Below, one piece after another: positions 40,141-53,640 of a stretch of 64,000 bases of DNA. This DNA comes from Stegostoma tigrinum (lineage: Eukaryota). The notes beneath the pieces were generated by a model. That model was not told the origin of the DNA and made no database searches. It was given only the letters and a program-made list of their open reading frames with translations. Both the position numbers and the translations under genes were made by a program. Numbering within the stretch: position 1 is the first letter of the stretch; each line of letters begins with the position of its first letter. The stretch covers positions 102,258,756 through 102,322,755 of the forward strand of contig NC_081358.1 in assembly GCF_030684315.1 (NCBI RefSeq). The letters are read 5' to 3'.

Positions 40141-41431
40141 GTTACTGACTAAAGGACTTTCTGGGCTGAGCGAACCAGTATTCTCCATGTTTTCACCAGA
40201 GAGCCTATTTGCTTCAGTGACTGTTTTTAGTTTAACAGCATTGAACTAAACTAGAACTTGTTCCCCTCCACACCATGCCAACTTGGTTATTTATCAGTAT
40301 CCCTTCATCATCATCGGATGAAAATACCATAACTCCCTACTTAGCAGCGTTGTGGACTGCAATGATTCACGAAAAATGTCCATCACATCTCCAGGGTCGC
40401 TGGATGGACCACCATTGGAGGCCTCACAAGCAATATCTGCACTTTGAGAATAAACTTTATAAAATACAAAGGTGATGAAGATTGGTACATGAAATATAAT
40501 ATTAAACACCAAGAAACACGTACTTTTTAAAACCAGTGATGTATTTGTAGGTGAACCCTAGGTATACAGTCACAGAAGTCGCGGGACATATTACAGTTCA
40601 GACAACATCTGTGGAGACAAGAGAAGTGTCCCAATCAATTACATGAATTGCACTAGTCATATGAAAGATTACCTTTGGTGAGCTTTTATTATCGATTAAT
40701 TAATAGCAAATCAGCATATAGTAGTAAACATAATGTAAAGGAGCTGTTGATGGAAATAGTCCTGTGTAAATTTTGAAAGATACTGTTGGAGTTTTGACAG
40801 GAATTTCTTATGGAAGAACCAGACAGAAGCCCTGAACATCAAGTACTCTAGTTAACGTGAATAGCAGATGAGTCAAATTTTCTGTGCAAGGAAGCAGTGA
40901 GAGGAGGCAAAGCATGAGATTCCTTGGCAAGTGCTTCATCTTACTGATGTATTATTTTAATTAACTGCTTCACTTTTGCTTGCCTCAGATGATTTGTGAG
41001 AGCTATTTTTCCAACTGCCTGCTCTGTTATTTTTCATTTTACTCTCAAGACCACCTTTGAGTTCCAGCTTCTATGAAAATATAGAAGTTTGGCACATTTT
41101 GTACATTGTATCTTGGAAAAGAAATGCAACAAACCATTTATTACACTTTTATATTTTTCCAATAAACTTTCCACTCTTGGCGGAATAGTATAAGACAGAA
41201 AATGCTTCACTAATACAAGCTGGAGAATCTGCGGCAGGTGTCACTTTGTTTTCCTCTGTATGCTGTATTTCTTCTTAATATTTTTCTCTTCCTTCTCAAA
41301 GGCAGATTGGGCTGAGAGCTCAAAGAGCTGGGCTCAGACACAGAAATCGGAGGGACAGGGCCTGAGTCCACGGCAGAAACAGACCAGGGTCAGACTCAGG
41401 ACAGGCAGGAAGGTCAGCCTGAATTTGGGGC

Positions 41432-41457
41432 AGAGAGAGAGAGAGAGAGAGAGAGAG
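41432..41457 (+). repeat. (AG)13 microsatellite
   Basis: Read directly from the sequence. Confidence 0.95.
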
Positions 41458-41849
41458 CAGTGATTGGGTGCTGGGCACACCGCACAGACAGAATAAAGAC
41501 TGGACCAAGTACACGCTGTGAGAAATTGCCTTTCTTGGTTTCAGCCTAGTGGATTCCTGCCAAAATCCTACCCAAAAATGCCCAAAAATGATAGATAGTT
41601 ATCATGAATTCTAATAATCTGTGCTCCATCATGGAGCCACAAATATCTTGAATAGTCGGGAAATTCATGGCAAGAGAGCAACAATACTCACCAGGAATAT
41701 TTGGATTATAGGAATTGCTGGACATGTTTTCCCAGTATCTCATGACAAGTCACCACCACTATATTGGTGTTTCCCACCCTCCTTCCTCCTCTGACCAAAT
41801 AAAGGGGCTCTGTGAAGAAGACAGCTGGCAAGGTAAAGGTGTACAAGGG

Positions 41850-43680
41850 TGCAGCCATTGAGAGAGTGGGCCAGTGATGATTCCAAAAAGCTGTATAGCT
41901 ATTTTGAGTATAAAAGGGTAGCTAGGGAGGGAAGATCAGCATGGCCGTCTATGTGTGGAGCTACGGGAGATAGGGGAGATTGTTAGTGTTTAATGTTTCT
42001 CCTCAGCGTTTACTAAGGAGAAAATCATGGATGCTAAGGAAATAAGGGATATAAGTTGGGATGTTTTGGGCTGCATACACATTACCAGTCAGGCGGTGTT
42101 GCAGCCTTAAAGCAAATTAAGGTGGATAAATACCCTGGGCTTGATCAGGTTCATCCTTGGAATTTGTGGGAGGCTAGGGAAGAAATTGCAGAGGCCTTGC
42201 AGAGATTTTTGCCTATCTTTAGCCACTGGTGTAGTTTGGAAGGCTGGAGGGTGACTAATGTTGGTCCATTATTTAAGAAAGGTAGCAAAGACAAGCCAGG
42301 GAACTACAGGTCAGTGAGCCTGACATCAGTAGTAGGCACGTTACTGGAGAGGATACTGAGGGACAGGATCAACCAACATTTGGATAATCGAGGTCTTGAT
42401 TAGGGATAGTCAGCATGGATTTGTATGTGGGAAGCCATGTTTGACAAATCTTTTAGAGTTTTTCGAAGACGTAACTAAGAGGATGGATGAGGGTAGGATG
42501 ATGGATGTTGTTTATTGTGGACTTCAGTAAGGCCTTTGACAAGGTCCCACACATCAGGCTAGTCATGAAAGTTAGGTCACATGGGATCTAGGGGAGGCTA
42601 ACTAATTGGATTCAAAATTAGCCCAATAGTAGAAGCAGAAGGTGATGGTTGAAGGCTGTTTCTTGGACTGTAGGTCTGTGACTAGTGGTGTGCCACAGGG
42701 GTCAGTGCTGGGGATGTTATTTGTTATTTACATAAATTACCTGGATGTGAATGTACAAGGCATGATTAGTAAGTTTGCAGATGATACAAAATTAGGAGGC
42801 ATCATTGATAGCAAAGAAGGCTATCAAAAATTACAGAGGGATCTTGATCAGCTGGGGAAGTGGGCTGAGGATTGGCAAATACAATACAATACAGATAATT
42901 GTGAGGTATTGCACTTTGGAAAGTCAAATTAAGGTAGGATCAGTACACTAAATGGTAAGGTCCTGAGGAGTGTTGTGGAACAGAGGGACCTCAGGGTACA
43001 TGTACTTAATTTGTTGAAAGCAGCGTCACAGGTGAACAGGGTGGTGATGAAGGCATTTAGCATACTGACCTTCCTCAGTCGAGGTATTGATTACAGCAGT
43101 TGAGACGTTATGTTACAGTTGTATAAGTCGTTGGTGAGGCCACACTTGGAGCATTGTGTAGAATTTGGCTACCCTATTATAGGAAAGACATAGTTAAATT
43201 GGAAAGTGTGTAAAGAAGATTTACAAGGCTCTACACCTTGTTCTCTCAGATTTAAAAGGATGTTGCTAGGACTAATAGGCCTGAGTTATAGTGAGAGGTT
43301 GGCCAGGACAGGACTTTATTTCTTGGAAAGTAGGAGAAAGAGGTGTATAAAGTCACATAGGGCATAGATAAGGTGAATGCATTTAGTCTTTTTTCCAGGG
43401 ATGGGGAATTGAAGACTAGAGGGCGCAGGTTTAAGGTGACAGGGCAAAGATTTGAGAAGGACCTGAGGGGCAACTTCCTCAGGCAGAGAGTGGTGCATAT
43501 ATGGAATGGCCTGCAGAGAAAGTTGTTGAGGCAGGTACAATAGCAACTTTAAAAAAAATCATTTGGATAGGTACATGGATGAGAAGGGCTTAGAGGGATA
43601 TGGACCAAATGCGGGCAATTGGAACTAGCTCACGGGCAGCATGGACCAGTTTGGGCTGAAGAGCCTGTTTCCATGCTGTC
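41850..43680 (+). mobile_element. CR1/HER1-like LINE, RT region to 3' end, with stops and frameshifts
   Basis: PLFKKGSKDKPGNYRSVSLTSVVG, VTSGVPQGSVLG and ISKFADDTKLGG. Confidence 0.92.
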
Positions 43681-43704
43681 TTTCTGAATATCCACATAAA
43701 TTGC

Positions 43705-44045
43705 GGAGAGATGATGGCCTCATGCCATTATCACTGGAATATTCTCTGAGATCCAAGTAATATTCTGGGGACCTGGGTTTGAATCCTACCATGGTAGATG
43801 ATGGAATTAGAATTCAATAAAAATCTCATATTAAGAGTTTATTGACAGCCATGAAACCATTGCTTATTACCCCAAAAGGCCCATGTGATTGCCCTAATGC
43901 CCTTTAGTGAAGGAAACTGTCTTGTTTGTCTACATGTGACTCCAGATCTACATCAATGTGGTTGACCGTTAGCTTGGGAAATTAGGGATGGCAATAAATG
44001 CTGGCTTGGCTAGTGATGCCCAAAATCCCACGAATGAATTTTTAA
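43705..44045 (+). mobile_element. tRNA-derived SINE, near full length
   Basis: B-box gggtttgaatcc and tail attagggatggcaataaatgctggc...aatcccacgaatgaa. Confidence 0.8.
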
Positions 44046-45531
44046 AAATCTATGTTCATCAATTTATCGACAAACTGTTATAATTATAAGTTATATAAGA
44101 TTATTATATTTTAGCACTGTGCTTTTAAGGTAAAATGGAAGGGATTATGTGACAAGTCGTGAAGTCTGATAGATACTGTGTGTGTTATTAGGGTTAAAGT
44201 TCGAAGGATTGGCCAGATTGTGTTAGTGAGGCAAACAGGTAAGGTGTTCATGGTTAGAGACAATCGTAGCAATCTTTGAGTTCACAAAAGACTGAGTCCT
44301 AGAAAAGTATGAAAGGTACTGTTTTGCTATAAACTATCCATTTTTAAAGATAAAAGAGATTTGGGTCAAATTGCTAATCAGTAATTTTACTTGAAAGTGA
44401 GGCTACAGGCTTTCATTTTGCCATGGGGGAAAGTATCAGGTCACAGGCTGCCCTGAAAATCAGTGAATATCTCAGAAGAGACAAGAGATTTGTAAAAGGA
44501 TAGTGTGGTCAGAAGAGAAAAGAGACCTGCTTGGTTTTTCAAGCTACAATTTGCTATTCTGTGGCCATCTAAGAATTGCAATGATTTTCTTTCCCTGGTG
44601 AGGGCAGAGAAGAAGAATCTTTTGGGGTAGATTTTATTGTTGACATACCGACACAGAGCACTTACAGTGTTGCAAAGACTGGATTCCCACAGCTTCATGA
44701 TATATTTGGCTAAACAGATGCAGCAGAGCTGGCATCTTTGGGACCAACAGGACGGCTTGACAATCGGAAGAAATTCCACTCACTGAATTTTCAGCTCAAA
44801 CCTAAAAATTGAAGTGTTTTAGCGTATGGTTATCCTGGAAGTTTCCATTGTTCAATCATTTTGCAACAGTTACATGCCCCACAGGCTTTTGTTCCACCAC
44901 ACTGGGAGCTTTGACAAACTGACTGATGACACGAGCAAGAAGCTTGACCATGAATACAGAGGAGACTGAGCAAGGCTCACCAGTGGTGAGCTGGAAGCAG
45001 ATTTCCCAGTTGTGTGGGTGAAGGTGAGAGCGAAGGAGACAGTTGTAACAGTGAGCAGCTAGCTTACCATTTGGAACAGCTTGGAAAGTCTTTTAATGGT
45101 GACTACCATTTCTATATGCTGTTAGCCACTGGTAATTTGTTGAGTGCAATTTATTTTGCAGACAAACCAGCAACAGAATTGTAAGCCACTTGGAAACTCA
45201 CACCATGATGCCACCCAGGAGCCACAACTTGAAAGAGTATCTCACAGGCCACTTTAAAAAGAGAGGCACTTCTGTAAATTCTGCCATGCACTTTTCAGGT
45301 GCTAACCAACCGGCTAAGTCCCCAGTGTAGTGGCCACTAAAGCACCCTACCAGCTACAGTAGAAAAGGACAAAATAATTGTCATTCCTAAGATAGGCACT
45401 TGGCATATTTAAGTGGACACATCTTCTGGTTCCTCACTGCAAGACTGGTTTGCTCAGTGGTAGAGGGATATTCCAATTGCATCCAAATATTGAGGGCTTG
45501 TCTCCAATAGCAGTAGATATTTTTAGTCAGA

Positions 45532-45875
45532 ATTAGTAGGAGCTGCAGATGCTGGAGAATATGAGATAACAAGGTATGGAGCTGGATGAACGCACCGGGC
45601 CAAGCAGCGTCAGAGGAGCAGGAAAGCTGACGCTTCAAGCCTAGACCCTTCTTCAGAAATGGGGGAGGTCAAGGGGGTTCTGAAATAAATAGGGAGAGAA
45701 GGGGAGGCAGATAGAAGATGGAAAGAGGAGAAGATAGGTGGAGAGGAGACAGACAGGTCAAAGAGGCAGGGATGGAGCCAGTAAAGGTGAGTGTAGGTGG
45801 GGAGGTAGGGAGGGGATAGGTCAGTCCAGGGAGGACGGACAGATCAAGGGGGCGGGATGAGGCCAGTAGGTAGGT
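45532..45875 (-). mobile_element. PLE 3' region and terminus
   Basis: Reverse-complement homolog of 8330-8570 plus terminus. Confidence 0.85.
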
Positions 45876-46847
45876 GTGTACTTTTGGTCAATTTGATTGT
45901 ATACATTATGGCATACTGGAGCAGGTTAGACTTGTACCCAGACCTCCTTGTTTAAGAGTAGGGACACTACCACAGTGCACAATGGCAGTACACTTCTTAA
46001 TTCCTAGTAATTTCCCACAAATGGAACACATAAGGATAATTCAAAAAGTTAGTTCATCAAGACAGGGAAAAATTAAGGGTGAGCAATAAATATTAACTTT
46101 GCCAGTGATGCACAAATAAAATCAAAGAAAAATCATTGGTTCATCAAATGAATGGATTCTCATAACCTTAGTATGTCTCCTCACTCTGATGATTCAATGT
46201 TCGGCATGATTCACTGTTGGTACGATTCAGTGTTAATGTCCAAGTCCAGATTAGTGCCTAAAAACTTGTATATCTAGCAGAACCTAAACTGAACTCCAGT
46301 GAGATGCTTCTTAATGAGTTAGTGCCACATTACAACAGAATTAATGACTCTTCCTTTTGTTTAACTGATTATTGAGAGGAGGCAGGCAGGGCGGGGTCCT
46401 AATTGCCCTAATTGGACACAGTGGTTGTAAGCTTCCTTGTAGAACTACTGCGAGATGTAAGGACATCGTCAATGCTGTTTGGAATAAAGCTCCAGGATTT
46501 TGACCATTAAGGAACCACAATATCTTTCCATGGATGGGATGGGTATGGAGGCATATGAACCAATGCAGGCAAATGGGACTAGTTTAAGTGCAAATAACAC
46601 AGACAAGTTGGGCCCAAGGATCTATTTCCATGCTGTAAATCTCTATGTTGCTGTGAGTCTAAATCAGGGTGATGTGTGGCCTGGAACGGCAGGTGCTGGG
46701 TTTCCTGTGTACCTGCTCCCTTTCACTTGTAAGTGTTTGATGTCATAGCCTTGGAAGGTGCTGTACTTATCTCCCACAGTTTCCTTGAAATGATGTACCA
46801 AATCGGACTTTTTTGAACCATTTAGGGGGAAGGGCAGGTTTCGTTCA

Positions 46848-47446
46848 GAAAAGCAAAATACTACAGATGCTGAAAATCTATATTGAAAAGATGCTGGAGA
46901 AATCCAGCGCGGCTACAGCATCTGTGGCGAGAGAAAGCGAGTTAATATTGTGTAATCACTATCACTTCTTCAGAACGTAATTTGTTGCCAGAGTGGGAGG
47001 AAGAGTGAGTGGCAAAAGACAAAAGGATTGCTAATGGTAAAACAGTGATAGATAAGCAAAATATGTGTGAATAGATAGGTGTGAAAAGGAAAACATGGGA
47101 TTTGCTCTGTTGAGAGTAGGGTGTTGGGAGCTGGGGTGGTGGTGTTCGAGTTAGGGTTAGGATTAAAAGACAGGACAGAGATCATACTCTGAAGTTGTTA
47201 ACCTCAACATTGAGCATTAAATATTGTAAGATGCATAAGTGGAAAAGGAGGTGTCACTCTTCCAGCTTCTATCAAGCTACATTGGAACACTGTAGCAGGT
47301 CCAAGATAGAAATGTTAACATTGGAACAATATGGTTTATTGAAATGAGAAACAACTGGAAGATTTTCCGCAAAGTGGTTACCCAATTTATATTTGGTCTC
47401 CGCTGTGTAAAGGAGGTTTCACCAGCATTTTTTCTCTTTATTGCAG
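46848..47446 (-). mobile_element. Old PLE 3' fragment with an inverted terminal stub
   Basis: aaagcaaaatactacagatgctg terminus; decayed GIY-YIG DNA at about 47190-47415; plus stub ccagcattttttctctttattgcag. Confidence 0.65.
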
Positions 47447-50370
47447 TTTCTTTTCATGTTGAATGGACCCATCGTTAATGTTGAAGACTCTTCTGATCAC
47501 TCTCCAGGTGAGGAGGAGTGAATGGGCTCCCCTCTTTTAATTCTCCAGGATGGCCATGACTAAATTTTAAAATTATTTTTAGCATGCAGCAATATCACAC
47601 TGTAATTAAATATAATTCAAGAATTCATAATTAGGGAGTCAATTGCAAGGCTTACTTAGATGAAGGAAAGATGCATTTTATTGAAATGTTGAAGAAGTTT
47701 GCCTAGTACAAGAAGGTAGATAATGAATATTCACATTAAAACATTCTTCAAGTCCTTGGGATGTTAGTTTTAACCTGATACCACTGTTGTTTAATTGATG
47801 TTTTGTGTCCCCACATTGGAGAAATTTGTTGCTATCTTTGAGCTCTCGGTAAATGGATATTTTTCTGATTCACTGTGTGTTGTCTTCTGAGATGGTTAGT
47901 GAAAGAGGGAGAGAGTTCTGATATTACAAATCCTTTCTTTTGCCATTTCTGTTTGTCAAAAAGCAATTGCATAAAATATAGTTCTTTTGTATATTCTCAT
48001 GACTGACTTCATTTTTATCAATGCCTGCGCCTTGCTGCCCTCTGCTCTTCTACTTGAGTTTGAAAGAGATAAGGTATGGAGCTTTTGAACTTTTCAAGGT
48101 GAACTTTTAAGTGCCGTACCCACTGATCAAAAACAAGCTGCTTGAGCTGTTCAATTTACAGGTACATCTGGCCACTGCTTGAAGGTACAGGATTTTTATC
48201 AGTACACCTCTGGAACTTATTGGTATGCACTTTTGCTGCCTGATACTCTGTTGCACACTTCTCAAACATTGTGAAACTTCCCTGTCAGTGTGCTCTGCAA
48301 TAACAGTGCTCATTGTTAGACTGGCAACTTGAGCTACAATGTTAACTGTGCCAAAGAGATGAAAGAGGCATCTCCCTCATTAAAAGTGGGGATTAAATGG
48401 CTAAACATGACTTCCTCAGCACTTAAGTCTGAGTTAGGGGTGGATCATGAAGCAGACCGAGTCTCAATGAAATTCTCCCTTCTCAGTTTAAGCTGTTTCA
48501 ATTTGAACTTTCCTTTTCCTCTTTTCTGCCTGTTGCATTTCTTGTCTTCTTTTGCAATTCCTAGACTTTGTTTTCCTCCTTATTCTGTTGGAATTTTAAT
48601 CTGTGTTGCTCCAGTTTTAATTTACCTGGTATCACTATCCTTTCTAACTTTAGATATTTTACAGCCCATGGTGGAATTTCTGTTTGCCTGGCTTTCAGAC
48701 AGAACCTTAACTCTAAGTGACCAGCAACCCCTTTCAATTCATCGAATCCCAATGCCTTTAATTTTTGAGGAATTGCTTTGTCCTGCTGTATGAAAGCAGG
48801 CCCTCCTCTGCACCATCCCTTCTGCCAGGACAAAGCGCTCTCTATCCGCAACAAAAGTGTCAATTTCCAGTTATCTGCCAAGTCTGTGGCAAATGTCACA
48901 AACCGGGCAGGGCAGCTCTGGGCTGCCAGAGCTTGACCGGGTGTATACACAATCTTTGAAAGATGGTGCCAGTGCCGTGATTTCTCAGGATGTCCCAGCA
49001 TTGACGAATATGTCCGACTACAGCACATGGGAGAGTCGATGAGAGGGGAGCCAAAGGAACCTACCGAGTAGTTTATTAGGGAGATTTGGGACAATCATGC
49101 CCGGAATTTGTGGAGACAAATCATCCATGAAAATAACACTCAGGCAAAAATGGGAAGATCCAACCCTTAATTGCAGATTTTTGTTTTAACTGTCCGTTCA
49201 CTTATGGGACCTAAAGTTGAAACCAAGATAAACTTATGAGATTAAATTTTCATCTGTCTAGCAACTGTAAGGCCTTTTGATGAAATGAGTTTCTGAACAG
49301 ACTCAGCTCACTCCTTTCCAAACATGTATCCATAGAGTATAAAATTGCCTCGGTATGGGACAAGTCGATCTCAACTAATGGGTTGCGCAAGAGCAATTTC
49401 TACAGCTGGACAGCTGAGGAGCAAGTAGTTATCAGAACTCAAAAAAGAAAAGTGCTTCATATTTTCCATCTGGAGTAAATTTATCATAAGATGCAAAGCC
49501 CCCATGCCTAATGCCTGGAAAATAGATGTTCCTAGCTGGCAGAACCCAAACCTAGACCTGATGTGTTTGAGTAGAAGGTAGAAGTTGAGGGATTTCACAC
49601 ATCCTGATTTATATGCTTTCTTGACGCTCAGAAATTTGGCAAAACCCCTGAACCACATCCATCACAGTGAGCACTAAAATATTTGTTTCACCGGGCAAAC
49701 TGTTTATCCTGCATTTACATTGCATCCACATTACCCTTCTCATTGTTAGTCCACACCTAGTTAGGCCAATTTGGTTTAAACAGAATTCAGGTTTAATTGT
49801 GATATTTTCAGTCACTTTGTAGCATTGATTTTTACCCACTTTCTTCGAGGGCAGTTACAACCATGAGTCTGTGGTAACTCTCTCTCTCTCCTCTGAATTG
49901 GAGGGTGGTGAATTCTACATTAGAATTTTCAGAGACATGGAGATTTTACAGAGACTCCAAGACAGTGAATTGACCTCAAATCCAGAGTTCACCATAGTTT
50001 CTGACAAATACTATTTTAGTTGGTAAGGGATGTGATCAAGACTTGACCCACACATGAGGAAAATGCAGAGCAGGGCCATTTGAAGTCAATGCTGACTCTC
50101 AACTGACCTCATATTTCCTGTGTTAAGAGCTTTACCTCACATATGGGAATTAATAAACTTTTAAAGTAGCAATCAGATCTCCTGGGTGGGTAATGTATGC
50201 GGAACTGACAGGTCATGAAGCTGCTTATATGGAGACTGTGTCACGATTTTCCTTAGAAACCCACCTAGTTTATTAATGACCTTTAGGGAAGGAAATCTGC
50301 CATCCTTAGGTGGTTTGGCTGACATTTGACTCCAGACCAACAATTGGCTCTTAACCAGTTTCCAAACGTT

Positions 50371-50928
50371 GAGAGATAATAGGAACTGCAGATGCTGGAG
50401 AATCTGAGATAACAAAGTGTGAAGCTGGATGAACACAGCAGGCCAAGCAGCATCTCAGGAGCACAAAAGCTGACGTTTCGGGCCTAGACCCTTCATCAGA
50501 GAGGGGGATGGAGAGAGGGTTCTGAAATAAATAGGGAGAGAGGAAGAGGCGGACCGAAGATGGATAGAGGAGAAGATAGGTGGAGAGGAGAGTATAGGTG
50601 GGGAGGTAGGGAGGGGATAGGTCAGTCTGGGGAGGACGGACTGTTCGAGGAGGCAGGATGAGGTCAGTAGGTTGGAAATGGAGGTGCAGCTTGAGGTGGG
50701 AGGAGGGGATAGGTGAGAGGAAGAACAGGTTAGGGAGGCGGGGACGAGTTGGACCGATCTTCTCCTCTATCCATCTTCGGTCCGCCTCCCACTCTCTCCC
50801 TATTTATTTCAGAACCCTCCCCCCATCCCCCTTTTCTGATGAAGGGTCTAGGCCTGAAACATCAGCTTTTGTGCTCCTAAGATGCTGCTTGGCCTGCTGT
50901 GTTCATCCAGCTTCACACTTTGTTATCG
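50371..50928. mobile_element. Young fold-back PLE terminal insertion inside a tRNA SINE (host at about 50250-50370 and 50938-50995)
   Basis: Minus arm 50371-50750 and plus arm 50755-50927. TSD ccaaacgtt at 50362-50370 and 50929-50937. Confidence 0.9.
50472..50499 (-). ncRNA. Minimal type-I hammerhead ribozyme motif with intact core
   Basis: Reverse complement CTGATGA A GGGT-CTAG-GCCC GAA ACGT C. Activity is not shown by sequence alone. Confidence 0.7.
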
Positions 50929-52384
50929 CCAAACGTTTAGGGATGGGAAATAAATGCTGTCCCAGGCAGCTACAGCCACAGCCCATGGTTTTTTTTTGTT
51001 TAAAAATTGATCCAGGAAGAAATCTCAGCGGCAATAGCTTGTGTGGAAATTAACTTTGGTTACACTTCAGTATTTCTGATAATCTGTGAATAAATTTCTT
51101 TTTCCAATTTAACAGTTAGTTGTCAAAGTACTTTTAAGCCAAAAAAAAGGCTGCAGGAGTAGGCCATTTGGCCCTTTGAGGCTGTTGCACCATTCAACAC
51201 GATCATGACTGATAATCCAACGCAGTATCCTGATGCTGCTTTCACCTCATACCCTTGATCTGTTCAGCCCTACAAATTATATCTAACCCCTTATTAAAAA
51301 CTCTACAAAATAATACCCGGCAGAGTTTTATTCAGATTTTGATAAAGGAACTGTTGTCTAAAATAATGTTTCTGAAAGAGTTCATTTTCATGTTACATTG
51401 AGTTCCACCCAGTCTGGTGAAGTCACACAGTTGTTGGGTAGGAACAGTTAGTTCTCCGTGTGTGCCTGAAGGGAACAGATTTACAGCTCCCGGGAATCCT
51501 TCATAATTATGCTTTTACCTCATGCTGTCAGGCAATAAAGTACCTTATCATATATGATAAGTGCTTCCTCAGAATCATCAGTGTTGATCCTCTCCATTGA
51601 AAATTAGACAAGGCCGAGAAATGGGGGCTGGTGGCAGCTAACTACCTGAACCAGAATACCACATAGTGACTGCATGGTCACTGACAGCATGACATATATG
51701 TGCAAGCCAGTTATTTTTCAAGCATAACAGTTGGATATAGTTGGACATCTAAAACATTTTGTTATTAAACTTTGCATCCTTGCTTTAGTTGTTTTTCACT
51801 TCCCAATGAACTGGCTCCTTACTTTTTTAACTGAAGGAACTGACTTGTTTCTGCATAAACTTTGATTCCAAACCTTTCTGTTCATATAATTGCCAAGTAA
51901 AGACTGTCACTGGAAATGGCAAACATGCTGAATGGGCTAGCAAAATAAAAGAAAGACTCCACTTTGTGGCTGTTGCTTCTTTTCCCCACATTGTAATCCC
52001 TACTGCCAGGTGCTCACATATAGTTGAAAGATATGGTTTACACTCCCTGTTGTACACACTGCCTCGTACAGGAAAAAAGTGTGAAATTTAAGACAGAAGC
52101 TGGCTCCTGTGGAACCACACTGCTGTGAGGCATTAACAATCACAAGAATGAAAGAAGACTGAAGAAAAATGCAAACATTGCATTATATTTTTAAGTTTAT
52201 TGCCTTTCCCATGAGCATCCAATGCACTGGGTTGTAGTTTTTAGTGCTGGTCCTTGTTCTTTGAAGCCTTAATTTTCTCAGACACATAATCGAAAAGAAA
52301 TTAATATAAAATCTGCATTGCAGCAAATGTTGCTTTGGACTTGACATGAATTTCTGAACATTGGGTATCAAATGGAGTTTTCAA

Positions 52385-53640
52385 GGCATTTTGTTTTATT
52401 CAGTTGTGGGATGTGGGTACTGCTAGCTGGGTATTTGAGAAGGTGGTGGTGAGCTGCCTTCTTGAACCACTGCAGTCCACCTGCTGTAAGTTGACCCACA
52501 ATACCCTGAGGGAGAGAATTCCAGGATTTTGACCCAGCAACAGTGAAGGAACGGCAATATATTTCCAGGTCAGAATGGACAGTACCTTGGAGAGGAACTT
52601 GCAGTTGGGGGGTGTTTCCGTGTATCTACTGCCCTTGTCCTACTGGCTCAAAGTAGTTGTGGGTTTGGAAGGTGCTGATGAAGGATCTTTGCTGTTGGTC
52701 TGCAGCACATCTTGTAAATATTACACACTGCAGCAACTGAACATTGGTGGTGGAGGGAGTGGATGCTTGTGAATGTTGTGCCAATCAAATGGGCTGCTTT
52801 GTTTGAGATGATGTCAAGCTTCTTGAGTGTACTTGGTAATGTACCCATCCAGGCAAGTGGGGGATATTCCGTTGTATTCCTGACTTGGGCCTTGTAGATG
52901 ATGGACAGGCTTTGGGGAGTCAGTATTTCTAGCCACTGACATGCTCTTGTAGCCACTGTGTTTACATTGCAAGTCCAGTAAAGCTTCTGGTCAATGATAA
53001 CCTCAAGGATATTGATAGTGGGGATTCAGTAATGATAACACTGTTGAAGATCAAGGGCTCATAGTTAGATTGTCTCTTATTGGAGACGGTCACTGTCTTG
53101 CATTTGTATGATGTGAATGTCACTAAATGCCACTTGTCAGCCCAAGTCTGGATGTTGTACAGATCTTGTTACATTTGAACATGGCTTGCTTCTGTATCTG
53201 AGGATGGTGCTGAACATTGTGCAATCATCATCAGACATCTCCACTTCTGACCTTATGATGGAAGGAAGGCCATTGATGAAGTAGTTGAGGTGCTTGGCGT
53301 GAGGACACCACCCAGAGGAATTTCTGCAGAAATGCCCTGGAGCTGTGTTGATTGATCTCCAAGAACCAGAACTATTTTCCTATGTGCCAATCAGTGGAGA
53401 GTTTTCCCCCGATTCCCATTAATTCCAGTTGTGCCTGGGCTCCCTTGATGCCACACTCCGACAAATACAGCCTTGATGTCAAGGCCTGTCACTCTCACCT
53501 CACCTCTGGAATTCAGCTCTTTTGTCCATGTTTGAAACAAGATTGTAATGAGATCAGGAGCTGAGTGGCCCTAGTGGAACCCAAACTGGGCATCACTGAG
53601 CAGGTTGTTGCTGAGCAGGTGCTATTTGATAGCACTGTCG
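52385..53640 (-). mobile_element. LINE family B RT to 3' end
   Basis: LTPQSLSIIYKAQVRNTTEYPPLAWMG...TLKKLDII. Confidence 0.88.
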
